From: Candidatus Delongbacteria bacterium
GTDB taxonomy: Bacteria > UBA4055
NCBI GenBank assembly: GCA_016937995.1
Contig: JAFGVM010000006.1
Span: forward strand, 1-55,010
Direction: 5' to 3'
DNA: 55,010 nt
This document shows positions 27,553 through 37,531 of the stretch, piece by piece. The number at the start of each line of letters is the position of its first letter. Position 1 is the stretch's first letter. Made by a program: the position numbers and the translations under genes. Under the pieces are notes generated by a model, which was given only the letters and a program-made list of their open reading frames with translations, did not search any database and was not told the origin of the DNA.

Positions 27553-28353
27553 ATGAAGGATAATTACAATCGAGATATAACCTACTTAAGGATTTCTGTT
27601 ACCGACAGATGTAATCTAAGATGCACATATTGTATGCCTGAAGAAGGTATTGATCTTATCCCGCACAATGACCTGTTAAGCTTTGAAGATATCGTCGAAT
27701 TTACAAGAACTGCTGTATCAATGGGAATAAACAAAGTTAGATTGACCGGTGGAGAACCACTGGTAAGAAAAGGAATCGTTGATCTTGTCAGAATGCTCTG
27801 GAATATTGAAGGGATCAAAGACCTTTCTTTAACAACCAATGCTGTCCTTCTGAAAGAATTTGCAAAGCCACTGAAAAATGCCGGCCTTCAGCGGATCAAT
27901 ATCAGCCTGGACAGCTTAGATAAAGAACGGTTTGCACAGATCACAAGGAGAGATAAATTAACTGAAGTTCTTGAAGGTATAGAAGAAGCTATAAGAGTAG
28001 GTTTCAAACAGATCAAATTAAATTGTGTCATTGAAAAAAGTAAGAACGAACCGGATGCGGTGGCAGTTTCAAAATATGCTGAAGAGAAAGGTCTGCAGGT
28101 CCGTTTCATTAGAACTATGAACCTGGAAAAAGGTGAGTTCTGGATCGTGGATGGTGGAGAAGGTGGAAATTGCTCAATTTGTAACCGCATAAGACTTTCA
28201 AGCTGTGGAAAAGTCTTACCGTGCCTTTTCAGTGATCTGGGATACAGTATCAGGGAATTTGGAAATGAAAAAGCAATTCTTCTTGCCCTTGAAAATAAAC
28301 CAAAATCAGGTACTGTAAGCTCAAACAACCAGTTCTATACAGTTGGAGGTTAA
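27553..28353 (+). CDS. moaA: GTP 3',8-cyclase (short form)
   Basis: YLRISVTDRCNLRCTYCMP, LTGGEPL, CSICNRIRL...PCL, C-terminal GG. Confidence 0.95.
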   Translation: MKDNYNRDITYLRISVTDRCNLRCTYCMPEEGIDLIPHNDLLSFEDIVEFTRTAVSMGINKVRLTGGEPLVRKGIVDLVRMLWNIEGIKDLSLTTNAVLLKEFAKPLKNAGLQRINISLDSLDKERFAQITRRDKLTEVLEGIEEAIRVGFKQIKLNCVIEKSKNEPDAVAVSKYAEEKGLQVRFIRTMNLEKGEFWIVDGGEGGNCSICNRIRLSSCGKVLPCLFSDLGYSIREFGNEKAILLALENKPKSGTVSSNNQFYTVGG

Positions 28354-28354
28354 T

Positions 28355-28813
28355 ATGTCAGATAAGTTTTCACATGTTGATGAAAATGGAAAAGCTAACA
28401 TGGTCGATGTCGGTCAGAAACCTGATGTTATCAGAACTGCTTCGGCTGAAGGTAAGATATATCTTAACTCAACAGCCATGGATCTTATTAAAGTTAATAA
28501 AAATAAAAAAGGTGATGTTCTTACAACTGCACAGATCGCCGGTATTCAGGGTGGAAAAAGAACTTCAGATCTGATCCCGCTCTGCCATCCGTTAATGATC
28601 ACTAAACTTGACGTTAACACAGAACTGATGTCAGATCACATTAAAGTTACAAGTTTTGCAAAGTGTATTGGTAAAACCGGTATTGAAATGGAGGCTTTAA
28701 CTGCTGTAAATATCGCCCTTTTAACGATTTATGATATGTGTAAAGCAGTGGATAAGACAATGGTAATCTCTGATGTAAAATTAATTTCTAAGACAAAGGA
28801 AAATTTAACATAA
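28355..28813 (+). CDS. moaC: Cyclic pyranopterin monophosphate synthase
   Basis: SHVD...NMVDV, LIPLCHPL, TGIEMEAL, IYDMCKAVD; ATG at 28355 after GGAGG. Confidence 0.96.
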   Translation: MSDKFSHVDENGKANMVDVGQKPDVIRTASAEGKIYLNSTAMDLIKVNKNKKGDVLTTAQIAGIQGGKRTSDLIPLCHPLMITKLDVNTELMSDHIKVTSFAKCIGKTGIEMEALTAVNIALLTIYDMCKAVDKTMVISDVKLISKTKENLT

Positions 28814-28947
28814 AAGTCACATTGAGTTAGTTTACTCCGATTAATCGAAGAAATGTAAGACTTTTTAAGGTATGAGTAGCTCATGGTTTCGCAGTGTATG
28901 TTATATTTCACCTCTGACTTCTAATTTCTAACTTCTGACTTCTGACT
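28812..28947. repeat. REP-like hairpin with a nested palindrome, followed by a heptamer tandem repeat
   Basis: aaaagtcacatt...aatgtaagactttt (similar to the 14128 element) containing ccgattaatcg; then tctgact tctaatt tctaact tctgact tctgact (28913-28947). Confidence 0.6.
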
Positions 28948-28963
28948 TAACATAGGAAACTGT

Positions 28964-29413
28964 ATGATACAGACCGGTAAGATCAAGGCAATATGTATCT
29001 CAGAGAAAAAAGGAACTGAGAAATTTACTATAAAAGAAGCTATTGTTAATGAACTTGGTATCATTGATGATGCTCACGCAGGTGATTGGCATAGACAGAT
29101 CAGCTTACTTTCTGCAGAAGAAGTAGATAAGTTTACGACTAATAATCCAAAGGTCACTATTGTTGATGGAGCTTTCGGGGAGAATATCCTGCTTGAAGGG
29201 ATCGATCTTTGTAAGTCCAGGATCGGTGATAAAATCATTATCGGTGATGTTGAACTTGAAGTTACTCAGATCGGTAAAGAATGTCATGGTGACGGTTGTA
29301 CCATTTTTCAGGCAGTTGGCAAGTGTATTATGCCTAAAGTAGGTATTTTTTCTAAAGTACTAAAGGCAGGTAGAATTAAAACTGGTGACAAAGTTATATA
29401 TAAATCTATATAA
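28964..29413 (+). CDS. MOSC domain protein
   Basis: DAHAGDWHRQISLL, GAFGENI, VTQIGKECH...C...CIMP. Confidence 0.9.
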   Translation: MIQTGKIKAICISEKKGTEKFTIKEAIVNELGIIDDAHAGDWHRQISLLSAEEVDKFTTNNPKVTIVDGAFGENILLEGIDLCKSRIGDKIIIGDVELEVTQIGKECHGDGCTIFQAVGKCIMPKVGIFSKVLKAGRIKTGDKVIYKSI

Positions 29414-29422
29414 GGTGTCACA

Positions 29423-30340
29423 ATGATAACGATTAAGCAGATAAATATTTCAACAGAACGCGGAACTGCTAAATTTCCTGTTGAATCCGCAGTCATAAAT
29501 GAAAATGGTATCGAAGACGATGCTCACTCGGGTGACTGGCATAGACAGATCACTATTTTAGCCGAGGAAAGTGTTATAAAATTTGAGAAAGAGACTGGTA
29601 GAAGGACTAAATCAGGAGAATTCGCAACTAATATTATGATCAACGGATTAGATACTTCTAAAGTTAAGATCGGTGACAGAATTATTCTCAACGATGCAGA
29701 AGTGGAAGTTACTCAGATCGGAAAAGAACCACATTTTTACGATAGTCCTGTGTTGAAGGATACGGGCAGAAATATCATGTTCGATGAAGGATTGTTCGCA
29801 AAGGTTCTTAAAACGGGAAAAATTAAGATCGGAGATAAAATGGACTATATCAAGAGACCTTTAAGATTATGTATAATCACATTGAGTGACAGAGTTTCTC
29901 AGGGTATTTACGAGGATAGAAGCGGCCCAAAGATAAAAGAAAGGTTGCTTGAACACTATAGTAAAATCTCGACCGATATTACTGTTGAAGTAATTCCTGA
30001 TGATAAGAATAAGCTTGATACTTTGCTGAAAAGATATACCGATGATAAAGTTGATGCGATATTCACAACAGGTGGAACAGGAGTCGGTCCTAGAGATATT
30101 ACTCCAGATGCTGTTACGATCTTTGCCGATAAGCTGATACCCGGGATCATGGACCATATCCGGATGAAATACGGGAAAACTATTCCAAATGCACTTTTAA
30201 GCAGGTCTGTTGCTGCAGTAAAAGATAAAACTTTAATTTATACACTCCCCGGCAGTGTGAAAGCTGTGACAGAATATATGGATGAGATCTTAAAAACGAT
30301 CGATCATCTATTTAAAATGCTGAATGGAGAAGGGCATTAG
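29423..30340 (+). CDS. MOSC domain fused to MogA/MoaB-type molybdopterin adenylyltransferase
   Basis: N-terminal DAHSGDWHRQ MOSC; C-terminal TLSDR...EDRSG, TTGGTGVGPRDITPD, LSRS, LPGS. Confidence 0.9.
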   Translation: MITIKQINISTERGTAKFPVESAVINENGIEDDAHSGDWHRQITILAEESVIKFEKETGRRTKSGEFATNIMINGLDTSKVKIGDRIILNDAEVEVTQIGKEPHFYDSPVLKDTGRNIMFDEGLFAKVLKTGKIKIGDKMDYIKRPLRLCIITLSDRVSQGIYEDRSGPKIKERLLEHYSKISTDITVEVIPDDKNKLDTLLKRYTDDKVDAIFTTGGTGVGPRDITPDAVTIFADKLIPGIMDHIRMKYGKTIPNALLSRSVAAVKDKTLIYTLPGSVKAVTEYMDEILKTIDHLFKMLNGEGH

Positions 30341-30359
30341 AAGATCCAATATCCAACTC

Positions 30360-30377
30360 GTCCCGATTGATCGGGAC
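30360..30377. repeat. Short palindrome of the CCGATnnATCGG family
   Basis: gtcccgat-tg-atcgggac; related cores at 28837-28847 and 43629-43641. Confidence 0.55.
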
Positions 30378-30548
30378 AATGAATTTTTACTTTCTTCTCT
30401 TGGAAAAGTTAGAAATTTTCAAGGTTTACTTACCGGTAGAATGAGGTGAGTTGGTTTCAATTTACAATTGACAAATGAACCGTAGGAGACACCTATAAGC
30501 CGTCCTCTGGGGTATTCATTGTCACATATATTTTATGGTGATTATTAT

Positions 30549-32708
30549 TTAATCTTTATTTGATTTCTTTAAAAATTCTTCCGTTGCAGCAAATAGATCC
30601 GGCTGGATCGTATCGATCTTATCCTTCTTTCCCTTTTTTGCAGTAGTTTTCTTAGGTTTTGGTTCGTCTTTTGGCTTTTCTTCTATAGCTTCAGGTTTGG
30701 ATTCAACGGCCTTAGCTTCCTCTAAAACAACTTCAGCTTCTTCGACAACCGTTTCATCATCACCATTACTATCATCATTATCAACAACACCGTCAATAGG
30801 GTAAACATCACTCTTTCGAGCTTTGATCTTGATTATATTTTTATTGGTCAGTCTATTGCCGGATGCTCCTATTCCTTTAACATGATAATCCTCAAGTTCA
30901 ACTTCTACAACAGTGGTCCTCATTCTTGGAGTGACTTCAAGATCGCAGTCAAAATGTAAATTCTTACGCGTCGTAAAATATTCAAGTTTACATTTATTCG
31001 GGTAAAAACGATACTCTTTATCTAAAATATATTTTATTTCATCAAATCTTTTTATATAGCAATGATTTGTTGCCTTGTTCCTGTAGATCACAGAGAATGT
31101 TAGATCATCAGTTGCACTTATTTTTTCAAAATACTGCAGACCGTTACCGATAAATTCTTTCTGTCCTACTCTGACAACTTTATAAACTCCATTACGGAAC
31201 ATCAGCAGAACATGGCTAAACTCACTTACCATGATATATTCTTCAGACTTTAAGTTCGTTCCCAGATAACCGTTAGCTCTGTCATAATACAATCTAATAT
31301 TCTCAATTGCGGCTTCTTTTGCAGTAATGGTCTCAAGATTATCGATCTTTGATCTTCTTTTATAGTTCTTGCCGTATTTTTTTATCAGGTCTTTTATATA
31401 GTCTATCGTAAAATCAATTATCCTGCCCAGATTATGTTTTGTCTCATCGATCTCAAGCTGGATCTGATCCAGTTCTTCCTGATTCTTATTTATGTCAAAT
31501 CTTGAAATTCTCTTTATTTGCAGCTGAAGCAATTTTTCAACATCTTCGTAACTAACTTCTCTGATAAACTTCTTTTCAAAAGGAATGAAAGCATCTTTGA
31601 TAGTATTCAATATCATGTTATAGTCCGTCAGCTCTTCTATCTTTTTATAGATCCTGTTCTCGATGAATATCTGAGCTAAAGTTTTTGCATGGAATTTTTC
31701 AAGGAGATAGTCCAGCTGGATCTTTAATTCCCTTTCCAGATTTTTAACCAGAAGATCTGTAGTAAAATGAATTATTTCTGTTACTGACTTGATAACAGGA
31801 ACTCTGTCATGAATGCTGAGCAAAGAAGTGGATATCGGTTTTTCACACTCGGTAAAAGCAAAAAGTGCATCCATAACATCATCAGTATTATAACCTCTGG
31901 CAAGATTAATTTCTATCTCAACTTCATCTGTAGTATAGTCATTGATGGAAGCTATTTTTATCTTCCCTCTCTTCGATTGTTTTTCAACTGAGGCAATGAT
32001 CGATTCTGTCGTTGCTCCAAAAGGTAATTCCCTGATGATGAGCTTCTTATCAGAAACCTGCTCAATTACCGCTCTGACCTTGATCTTCCCGTTTCCGTCA
32101 TTGTATTCACTTACATCTATGATCCCGCCCTGCTGAAAATCCGGATAAAGCTGAAATTCTTTTCCCTGAAGATAGCTGATCTGAGCCTTTAACACTTCAT
32201 TAAAGTTATGCGGCAGGATCTTAGTTGACATCCCGACTGCAATACCTTCAACACCTATAAGTAAAAGAACAGGTATCTTCGCCGGAAAAACAACCGGCTC
32301 AAGGTTTCTTCTGTCGTAAGAATCTATATAATCTGTAATATCTTTATTAAATAGAACTTCTTTGGCCAGTGGTGTCAGTCTTGCTTCAATATATCTGGCT
32401 GCAGCAGCATTATCTCCGGTGTAGATATTTCCGAAATTTCCCTGTCTCTCTATGAACATTTCTTTATTTGCAATACCTACAAGAGCATCCGAAATAGCCT
32501 TATCACCATGTGGATGGAACTGCATTGTATGACCAACGATATTTGCAACTTTATTGAATCTGCCGTCATCCATTCTGAACATAGAGTATAAAACCCTTCT
32601 CTGAACAGGTTTGAAACCATCCATTATATCAGGTATCGCCCTGTCTTTTACAACATAGTTGGCGAATTCTAAAAAATTCTGATTTATAAGATTTTTTAAA
32701 TTACCCAT
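30549..32708 (-). CDS. parC: DNA topoisomerase IV subunit A (Bacteroidota-like ParC)
   Basis: RAIPDIMDGFKPVQRR, HPHGD, AAARYIEARL, GIAVGMST; no GyrA-box; charged low-complexity tail. Confidence 0.85.
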   Translation of the reverse strand: MGNLKNLINQNFLEFANYVVKDRAIPDIMDGFKPVQRRVLYSMFRMDDGRFNKVANIVGHTMQFHPHGDKAISDALVGIANKEMFIERQGNFGNIYTGDNAAAARYIEARLTPLAKEVLFNKDITDYIDSYDRRNLEPVVFPAKIPVLLLIGVEGIAVGMSTKILPHNFNEVLKAQISYLQGKEFQLYPDFQQGGIIDVSEYNDGNGKIKVRAVIEQVSDKKLIIRELPFGATTESIIASVEKQSKRGKIKIASINDYTTDEVEIEINLARGYNTDDVMDALFAFTECEKPISTSLLSIHDRVPVIKSVTEIIHFTTDLLVKNLERELKIQLDYLLEKFHAKTLAQIFIENRIYKKIEELTDYNMILNTIKDAFIPFEKKFIREVSYEDVEKLLQLQIKRISRFDINKNQEELDQIQLEIDETKHNLGRIIDFTIDYIKDLIKKYGKNYKRRSKIDNLETITAKEAAIENIRLYYDRANGYLGTNLKSEEYIMVSEFSHVLLMFRNGVYKVVRVGQKEFIGNGLQYFEKISATDDLTFSVIYRNKATNHCYIKRFDEIKYILDKEYRFYPNKCKLEYFTTRKNLHFDCDLEVTPRMRTTVVEVELEDYHVKGIGASGNRLTNKNIIKIKARKSDVYPIDGVVDNDDSNGDDETVVEEAEVVLEEAKAVESKPEAIEEKPKDEPKPKKTTAKKGKKDKIDTIQPDLFAATEEFLKKSNKD

Positions 32709-32711
32709 TTA

Positions 32712-33527
32712 TCATAGACCTATTAATTCGTTAATTTGATCTCTAAGCTTCTTTGCCTCTTCAGCAGCTCTTTCAGCAAAATCCGGTCCATTTGAGGCAT
32801 AAATTATACCTCTTGATGAATTTACTAAAGCTAATACTCTATCTTTATCGAATCCGTACTTGACAGTATTTTCAAGATCTCCGCCCTGAGCACCTATTCC
32901 TGGTATCAAATACGGCATATCAGGTGTCAATTTTCTGATGTTTTCGAACATCTGAGGATGTGTTGCACCTACGACAATACCGCAGTTCTTCTTTACATTC
33001 CATTTATTAACTGTTTCTATCACATGTTCATAAAGATACTTTCCATTCTCCATCTTCATCATCTGAAAATCATTTGATCCTTTGTTTGATGTCAGAGCCA
33101 GAATAAATACACCTTTGTCTTCCCTGTCAAGGAATGGACCGATCGAATCTTCTCCCATATACGGACTTACAGTGACAGCATCGCAGTTGAACTGATCGAA
33201 AAATGCGGTAGCATACTTTTTTGAAGTATTACCGATATCACCCCTCTTTGCATCTGCGATAACGAACACATCATCATCGATATATGAAAGAGTTCTCTCA
33301 AAATCGCTGATTCCGGATGTTCCGAACTGTTCGTAAAATGCAAGATTAGGCTTGAACGATGCAACATATTCCTGAGTTGCTGCGATGATCTCTTTATTAA
33401 ATTTTGCTACAGGATCTTGTTCGTTTTTCAGTATCTCAGGAAACTTTGAAAGATCAACATCAAGACCGACACAAAGTGCTGATCTTCTTGTCTTTATCGT
33501 AGATATTATTTTATCTGTAAAATTCAT
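32712..33527 (-). CDS. pyrF: Orotidine-5'-phosphate decarboxylase (subfamily 2)
   Basis: LCVGLD, KPNLAFYE, DAKRGDIGNT, PYMG, PGIGAQGG, NSSRGII. Confidence 0.96.
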   Translation of the reverse strand: MNFTDKIISTIKTRRSALCVGLDVDLSKFPEILKNEQDPVAKFNKEIIAATQEYVASFKPNLAFYEQFGTSGISDFERTLSYIDDDVFVIADAKRGDIGNTSKKYATAFFDQFNCDAVTVSPYMGEDSIGPFLDREDKGVFILALTSNKGSNDFQMMKMENGKYLYEHVIETVNKWNVKKNCGIVVGATHPQMFENIRKLTPDMPYLIPGIGAQGGDLENTVKYGFDKDRVLALVNSSRGIIYASNGPDFAERAAEEAKKLRDQINELIGL

Positions 33528-33674
33528 TGTATCTCTCTATTTTATGCTTAAAAATTAACGAAAATAATATAGAGGATTTTCAAGAAAATATCTAATAATA
33601 TTTTTTAAAATTTTGATATTTTTTTGATCGTTTAATTTCAGTGGTGATTTCAGAAAAAAAATGCATTAAACAAA

Positions 33675-33704
33675 GTAGGGGCTTAATGTCTTAAGCCCCT
33701 TTTA
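33675..33704. terminator. GTAG-footed palindrome, REP-like and/or terminator for the S9 peptidase gene
   Basis: gt-aggggcttaa-tgtc-ttaagcccct-ttt. Confidence 0.55.
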
Positions 33705-33739
33705 AAGGAAATCATTTATTCGACGCAGAAATACGAAGT

Positions 33740-36118
33740 TTAATCATTTTTTAAATACTTATCCAGCCATTCGCATATCTCATACAATACATGCAAATTA
33801 GACTCTCTTGCCTGATATCCGTGACCCTCATACGGCAACATGACAAGTTTTACATCCCCTCCATTTCCTTTTACAGCCGCATACATTCTTTCGGACTGCA
33901 TCGGATAGGTTCCGGCATTATCATCATCAGCACCATGGATCAAAAGAAGTGGTGTCTTAATTTTCTCTGCGTTCATAAAAGGTGAGGCTTTCTGATAGAA
34001 TTCCTTTGCTTCCCAGTAAGGTCTTTCCTCACTTTGAAAACCGAAAGGTGTCAGTGTTCTGTTATACGCTCCACTTTTTGCTATTCCCGCCTTAAAATAG
34101 TCAGTATATGCTAAAAGGTTCGCTGTCATAAATGCTCCATAGCTGTGACCACCCACTGCAACCCTTTCTCTATCGATCATACCTCTCATGTCAAGATAAT
34201 CTATTGCCGCTTTAGCATTCATCCCGATCTGCTTTACAAATGTATCATTCCGTGTGTCTACGTCACCTATTACAGGCATTGCTGCTCCATTCAAAACCAC
34301 ATATCCGTGCAAAGTAAGATAAATTATAGATGCTCCCCAAAACCTTGTATAAGTATATTGAGATCCTGAAACCTGAGATGCTGTTGAAACATCTGTAAAC
34401 TCTCTGGGGTAAGCGTTAATATATAGCGGATAACGTTTATCTGGATCATAATCAGGTGGTAGATAGAGTTTTCCGGACAGTTGAATAGAATCTTCTCTGA
34501 AATATGTGACTAGCTCTGTCTTAATATCTCTGATCTGCGGTGCGTGATCGATGTTCTTTGTTATTTGTTCTCTATTTCCACTACCAATATCAAGAATGAA
34601 ATAATTTCTGGGTTCTGTTGGTGTTTCATGTCTGATAATTATTCTCTTTTCATCGTTACCTGTCATGGATGAAAAAGTTTCATAAGTCTCCGGAGGGGAT
34701 CTAAACAGCTGTTCCAATTTTCCTGATCCAAGATCGAATTTATTCAGGAACGGAAAATTACCTTCAGGAGAATATCCCTGTCCGTATAGGAATACATTAT
34801 TGTTTCTGACTTTTATTACTTCGAATCCGTTTGTAAGCTTTTCCGTTACAAATTCACCCGGGTCTTCATATTTCTCATTGTCACTTCTTGAAAAAAGAAG
34901 TTTATCATCAATACTGCCATCATAAGATCCGTAATATGTGCTCAACCATTCTTTATCTCTGTCATAATCAAGATAAATTAATGCTCCTTTGTCCTTTGTG
35001 AATCCTGAGACATAACCTCTGTTCTTTGTTTTTAGGAAAAGCTCTGCTTTTTTATTGAAAGGTGCCGGATATTTGTAGAATTTATCTCTGAAAGCTACCT
35101 GTTTTTTAGGATCGCCCTCATCCTGAGCTTCGGTCCACCATATAGTAGCATTCTCTGATGGTATCCACTGAGGTTGTCTGATACCTGTCTCTACTCCGCC
35201 AATCGGTATCTGGTCCTGAATAGGTTTTGAGACCAGTTCTTTAAATTGCCTGCCCTCTTTATCAAGAATGTTAAATGTATAGGCGAATCTGTAGTAAGGA
35301 ACTGTGAATGAATAAGGGTTGTTAACTTTTTTTACAAGATAATATTTCCCGTCAGGTGATTCGTCGAACGATCTGTAAATTCCCGGTTCTCCTATTGGTA
35401 ATTCCTTGCCTGTAAACGGGTCAAGTATTACAAATATACTGGTAAAAAAATGATCAAATAATCTTACGTCAAATGCTGTTTCCAATAGGTTTGAATAGGT
35501 TCTGACCTGAGAAACTTTTCCATAGCTCTCCTGGATCCTAGGAGCTATCTCTGAAGGGGAGATCTGAGGAACAGGATTTCCCTCGTAGTATATCCTTGGT
35601 ATTATCAGATGTTTGCTGTCAACACTCCATTGTAAAGCAAGGTAAGCAAGAGACATATTTACTTTTCGGGTATCTTTGAATATCATTTTACCATCATTCA
35701 GATCAACTATTCTGATAAATACACCATCATTTTTTTCTGCTGTATATGCCAGTAAATTTCTGTCCGGAGAGATCTTAAAGCCTACTATCTTATTATCTTC
35801 TTCCGGATTCAGCATAACAGAAAAATCTGAATTCAGGTCTCTAAGTTTCAAATATTTATATGGATAGCTGTTCTTCTCTGAGTGTAAGGCTATATATATG
35901 ATCTTCCCGGCCAATGATAGCTTTTCTTGAGATAACTGCTCAAGTGATTCATATCTTGAATAAGTATATTCTATTACTTTGTCTGTTCCTGTAACTGCTG
36001 TAATAAACTGATCATCAGGAGCATCGAAAACGTCCAGAATTGCTTTCGGGGGAAGTTTGTAACCATCTGCAAAGATCAAAGATGCGAGTAGTAATAATAA
36101 AGTGACATATCTTTTCAT
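33740..36118 (-). CDS. Secreted S9 family serine peptidase (prolyl oligopeptidase / glutamyl endopeptidase-like)
   Basis: Signal peptide; propeller region; GGHSYG nucleophile; GAYNRTLTPFGFQ; HGADD; EGHGY. Confidence 0.92.
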   Translation of the reverse strand: MKRYVTLLLLLASLIFADGYKLPPKAILDVFDAPDDQFITAVTGTDKVIEYTYSRYESLEQLSQEKLSLAGKIIYIALHSEKNSYPYKYLKLRDLNSDFSVMLNPEEDNKIVGFKISPDRNLLAYTAEKNDGVFIRIVDLNDGKMIFKDTRKVNMSLAYLALQWSVDSKHLIIPRIYYEGNPVPQISPSEIAPRIQESYGKVSQVRTYSNLLETAFDVRLFDHFFTSIFVILDPFTGKELPIGEPGIYRSFDESPDGKYYLVKKVNNPYSFTVPYYRFAYTFNILDKEGRQFKELVSKPIQDQIPIGGVETGIRQPQWIPSENATIWWTEAQDEGDPKKQVAFRDKFYKYPAPFNKKAELFLKTKNRGYVSGFTKDKGALIYLDYDRDKEWLSTYYGSYDGSIDDKLLFSRSDNEKYEDPGEFVTEKLTNGFEVIKVRNNNVFLYGQGYSPEGNFPFLNKFDLGSGKLEQLFRSPPETYETFSSMTGNDEKRIIIRHETPTEPRNYFILDIGSGNREQITKNIDHAPQIRDIKTELVTYFREDSIQLSGKLYLPPDYDPDKRYPLYINAYPREFTDVSTASQVSGSQYTYTRFWGASIIYLTLHGYVVLNGAAMPVIGDVDTRNDTFVKQIGMNAKAAIDYLDMRGMIDRERVAVGGHSYGAFMTANLLAYTDYFKAGIAKSGAYNRTLTPFGFQSEERPYWEAKEFYQKASPFMNAEKIKTPLLLIHGADDDNAGTYPMQSERMYAAVKGNGGDVKLVMLPYEGHGYQARESNLHVLYEICEWLDKYLKND

Positions 36119-36264
36119 AAGATTCCTCTAAGGATTTTATTAGAAAGTAAAAATATAAAAAAAGATGATGTTTTGCTATGATAAAAGATTTTAAGATTCT
36201 TTTCATACGGTCATAATATGACCTTTTTATAGTTGTATATTGGTTTATGGGTGTGCTTTCTTGC

Positions 36265-36312
36265 ACCGCAGGTTTCAACCTGTGCAGTAAAAAACATATC
36301 CCTTTGGGATAT
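36265..36312. repeat. REP-like palindrome pair (second copy)
   Basis: accgcaggtttcaacctgtg and atatccc-ttt-gggatat, matching 2478-2524. Confidence 0.65.
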
Positions 36313-36336
36313 ACCCACCGACTAAGAAAAATTCAC

Positions 36337-36382
36337 TTGACATATCTTCAACAGTGTATTAGCTTACCAATATGCCAATACA
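36337..36382 (+). promoter_or_regulatory. Sigma70 promoter overlapped by a probable YtrA-type operator
   Basis: TTGACA (36337-36342), 17-bp spacer, TAGCTT; inverted repeat TGTATT(36355)...AATACA(36382), resembling GntR/YtrA TGTA..TACA sites. Confidence 0.6.
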
Positions 36383-36400
36383 GTAATTGAGGACGATGTT

Positions 36401-36808
36401 ATGAGCGATAATAAAGAAATATATTTTCAGATCCAGCCGAGCTCCGGCATTCCTATATATAAACAGATAGTCGATCAGGTGGAAAGGCTTGTTGCGAGCG
36501 GTTCTTTATCTCCTGGAGATGAGATGCCGTCTGTCAGGAAAGTCGCTGTTCATTTTGAAGTGAACCCTATGACCGTATCAAAAGCGTACAGTATGCTTGA
36601 AACATCAAATATACTTGAGCGCAGGAGAGGTATGGGAATGTTCGTGGCATCGAATTCTGAAAATGCGAAATCGGTCAAAGAAAGGATCGAATTGATCAAA
36701 CCCGTTCTTGAAGATGTAGCTGAACAGGCAAAGCAGCTCGGGTTACCGAATTATAAGGTAATTGAATTATTAAATAAAATCTTGGAGGATAATGATGGAA
36801 AACAATGA
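36401..36808 (+). CDS. GntR family transcriptional regulator, YtrA subfamily
   Basis: PIYKQI, PSVR, VNPMTVSKAY, RGMGMFV; short C-terminus; heads an ABC operon. Confidence 0.93.
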   Translation: MSDNKEIYFQIQPSSGIPIYKQIVDQVERLVASGSLSPGDEMPSVRKVAVHFEVNPMTVSKAYSMLETSNILERRRGMGMFVASNSENAKSVKERIELIKPVLEDVAEQAKQLGLPNYKVIELLNKILEDNDGKQ

Positions 36809-37520
36809 AATAGTATTAAAATTAGAAAACGTAAGTAAGAGTTATGGTGATAAAACTGTTCTGAAGAATATTGATCTTTCCATAAAGAAAGGAACTATCA
36901 TGGGTTTGGTCGGAAAGAACGGTTCCGGTAAAACTACTATGATAAAAGGATTATTGGGATTATTAAAACTGGATTCTGGTAAAGCCAGTCTTTTTGATCA
37001 AAACTCTTGGGATCTACCTTCTGAAGTTAAGCAAAAACTCGGGTATGTCCCTCAAGCTATAAATATGTTCGATGGTTGGATGACAGTTGAAGGTATTATT
37101 GAATACGTGAGTGTTTTTTATGATCATTGGAATAGTAAAAAAGTTGATAAATTATTAAATGACTGGCATATCGATCCTAAGTCAAGATTCCGAAATTTGT
37201 CGGAAGGAGAGAAGCAGAAAGTCGCTATAATCCTAGCAATGGGTCACGAACCTGAACTATATATTTTTGATGAACCTGTTGCAAGTCTTGATCCAGTAGC
37301 TCGTAGGTCATTCATCAAAGAACTAATTGACCTTAATTTAGACTCAGGTAGTACGATGTTGTTTTCAACTCATATAACATCAGACCTTGAAAGGATTGCT
37401 GCTGATGTTGCCTTACTCAAAGACAATGAGATCCATTATGTTGGTGATCTTGCAGAATTAAAAGAGAAATTCGGTGAAAACATGAACCTTGAAGATATTT
37501 TCGTGGAGTTAAACAAATAA
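36792..37520 (+). CDS. ABC transporter ATP-binding protein (YtrB-like)
   Basis: GKNGSGKT, LSEGEKQK, FDEPVASLD, STH. Confidence 0.93.
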   Translation: MMENNEIVLKLENVSKSYGDKTVLKNIDLSIKKGTIMGLVGKNGSGKTTMIKGLLGLLKLDSGKASLFDQNSWDLPSEVKQKLGYVPQAINMFDGWMTVEGIIEYVSVFYDHWNSKKVDKLLNDWHIDPKSRFRNLSEGEKQKVAIILAMGHEPELYIFDEPVASLDPVARRSFIKELIDLNLDSGSTMLFSTHITSDLERIAADVALLKDNEIHYVGDLAELKEKFGENMNLEDIFVELNK

Positions 37521-37531
37521 ATGGAGCTAAG

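Noticed and set aside
29411-29422. Stop-codon recoding or selenocysteine readthrough (in-frame stops at 29411 and 38408)
   Set aside because: Both are TAA, which terminates most genes in the window; the second MOSC gene has its own SD-like aaggtg and ATG.
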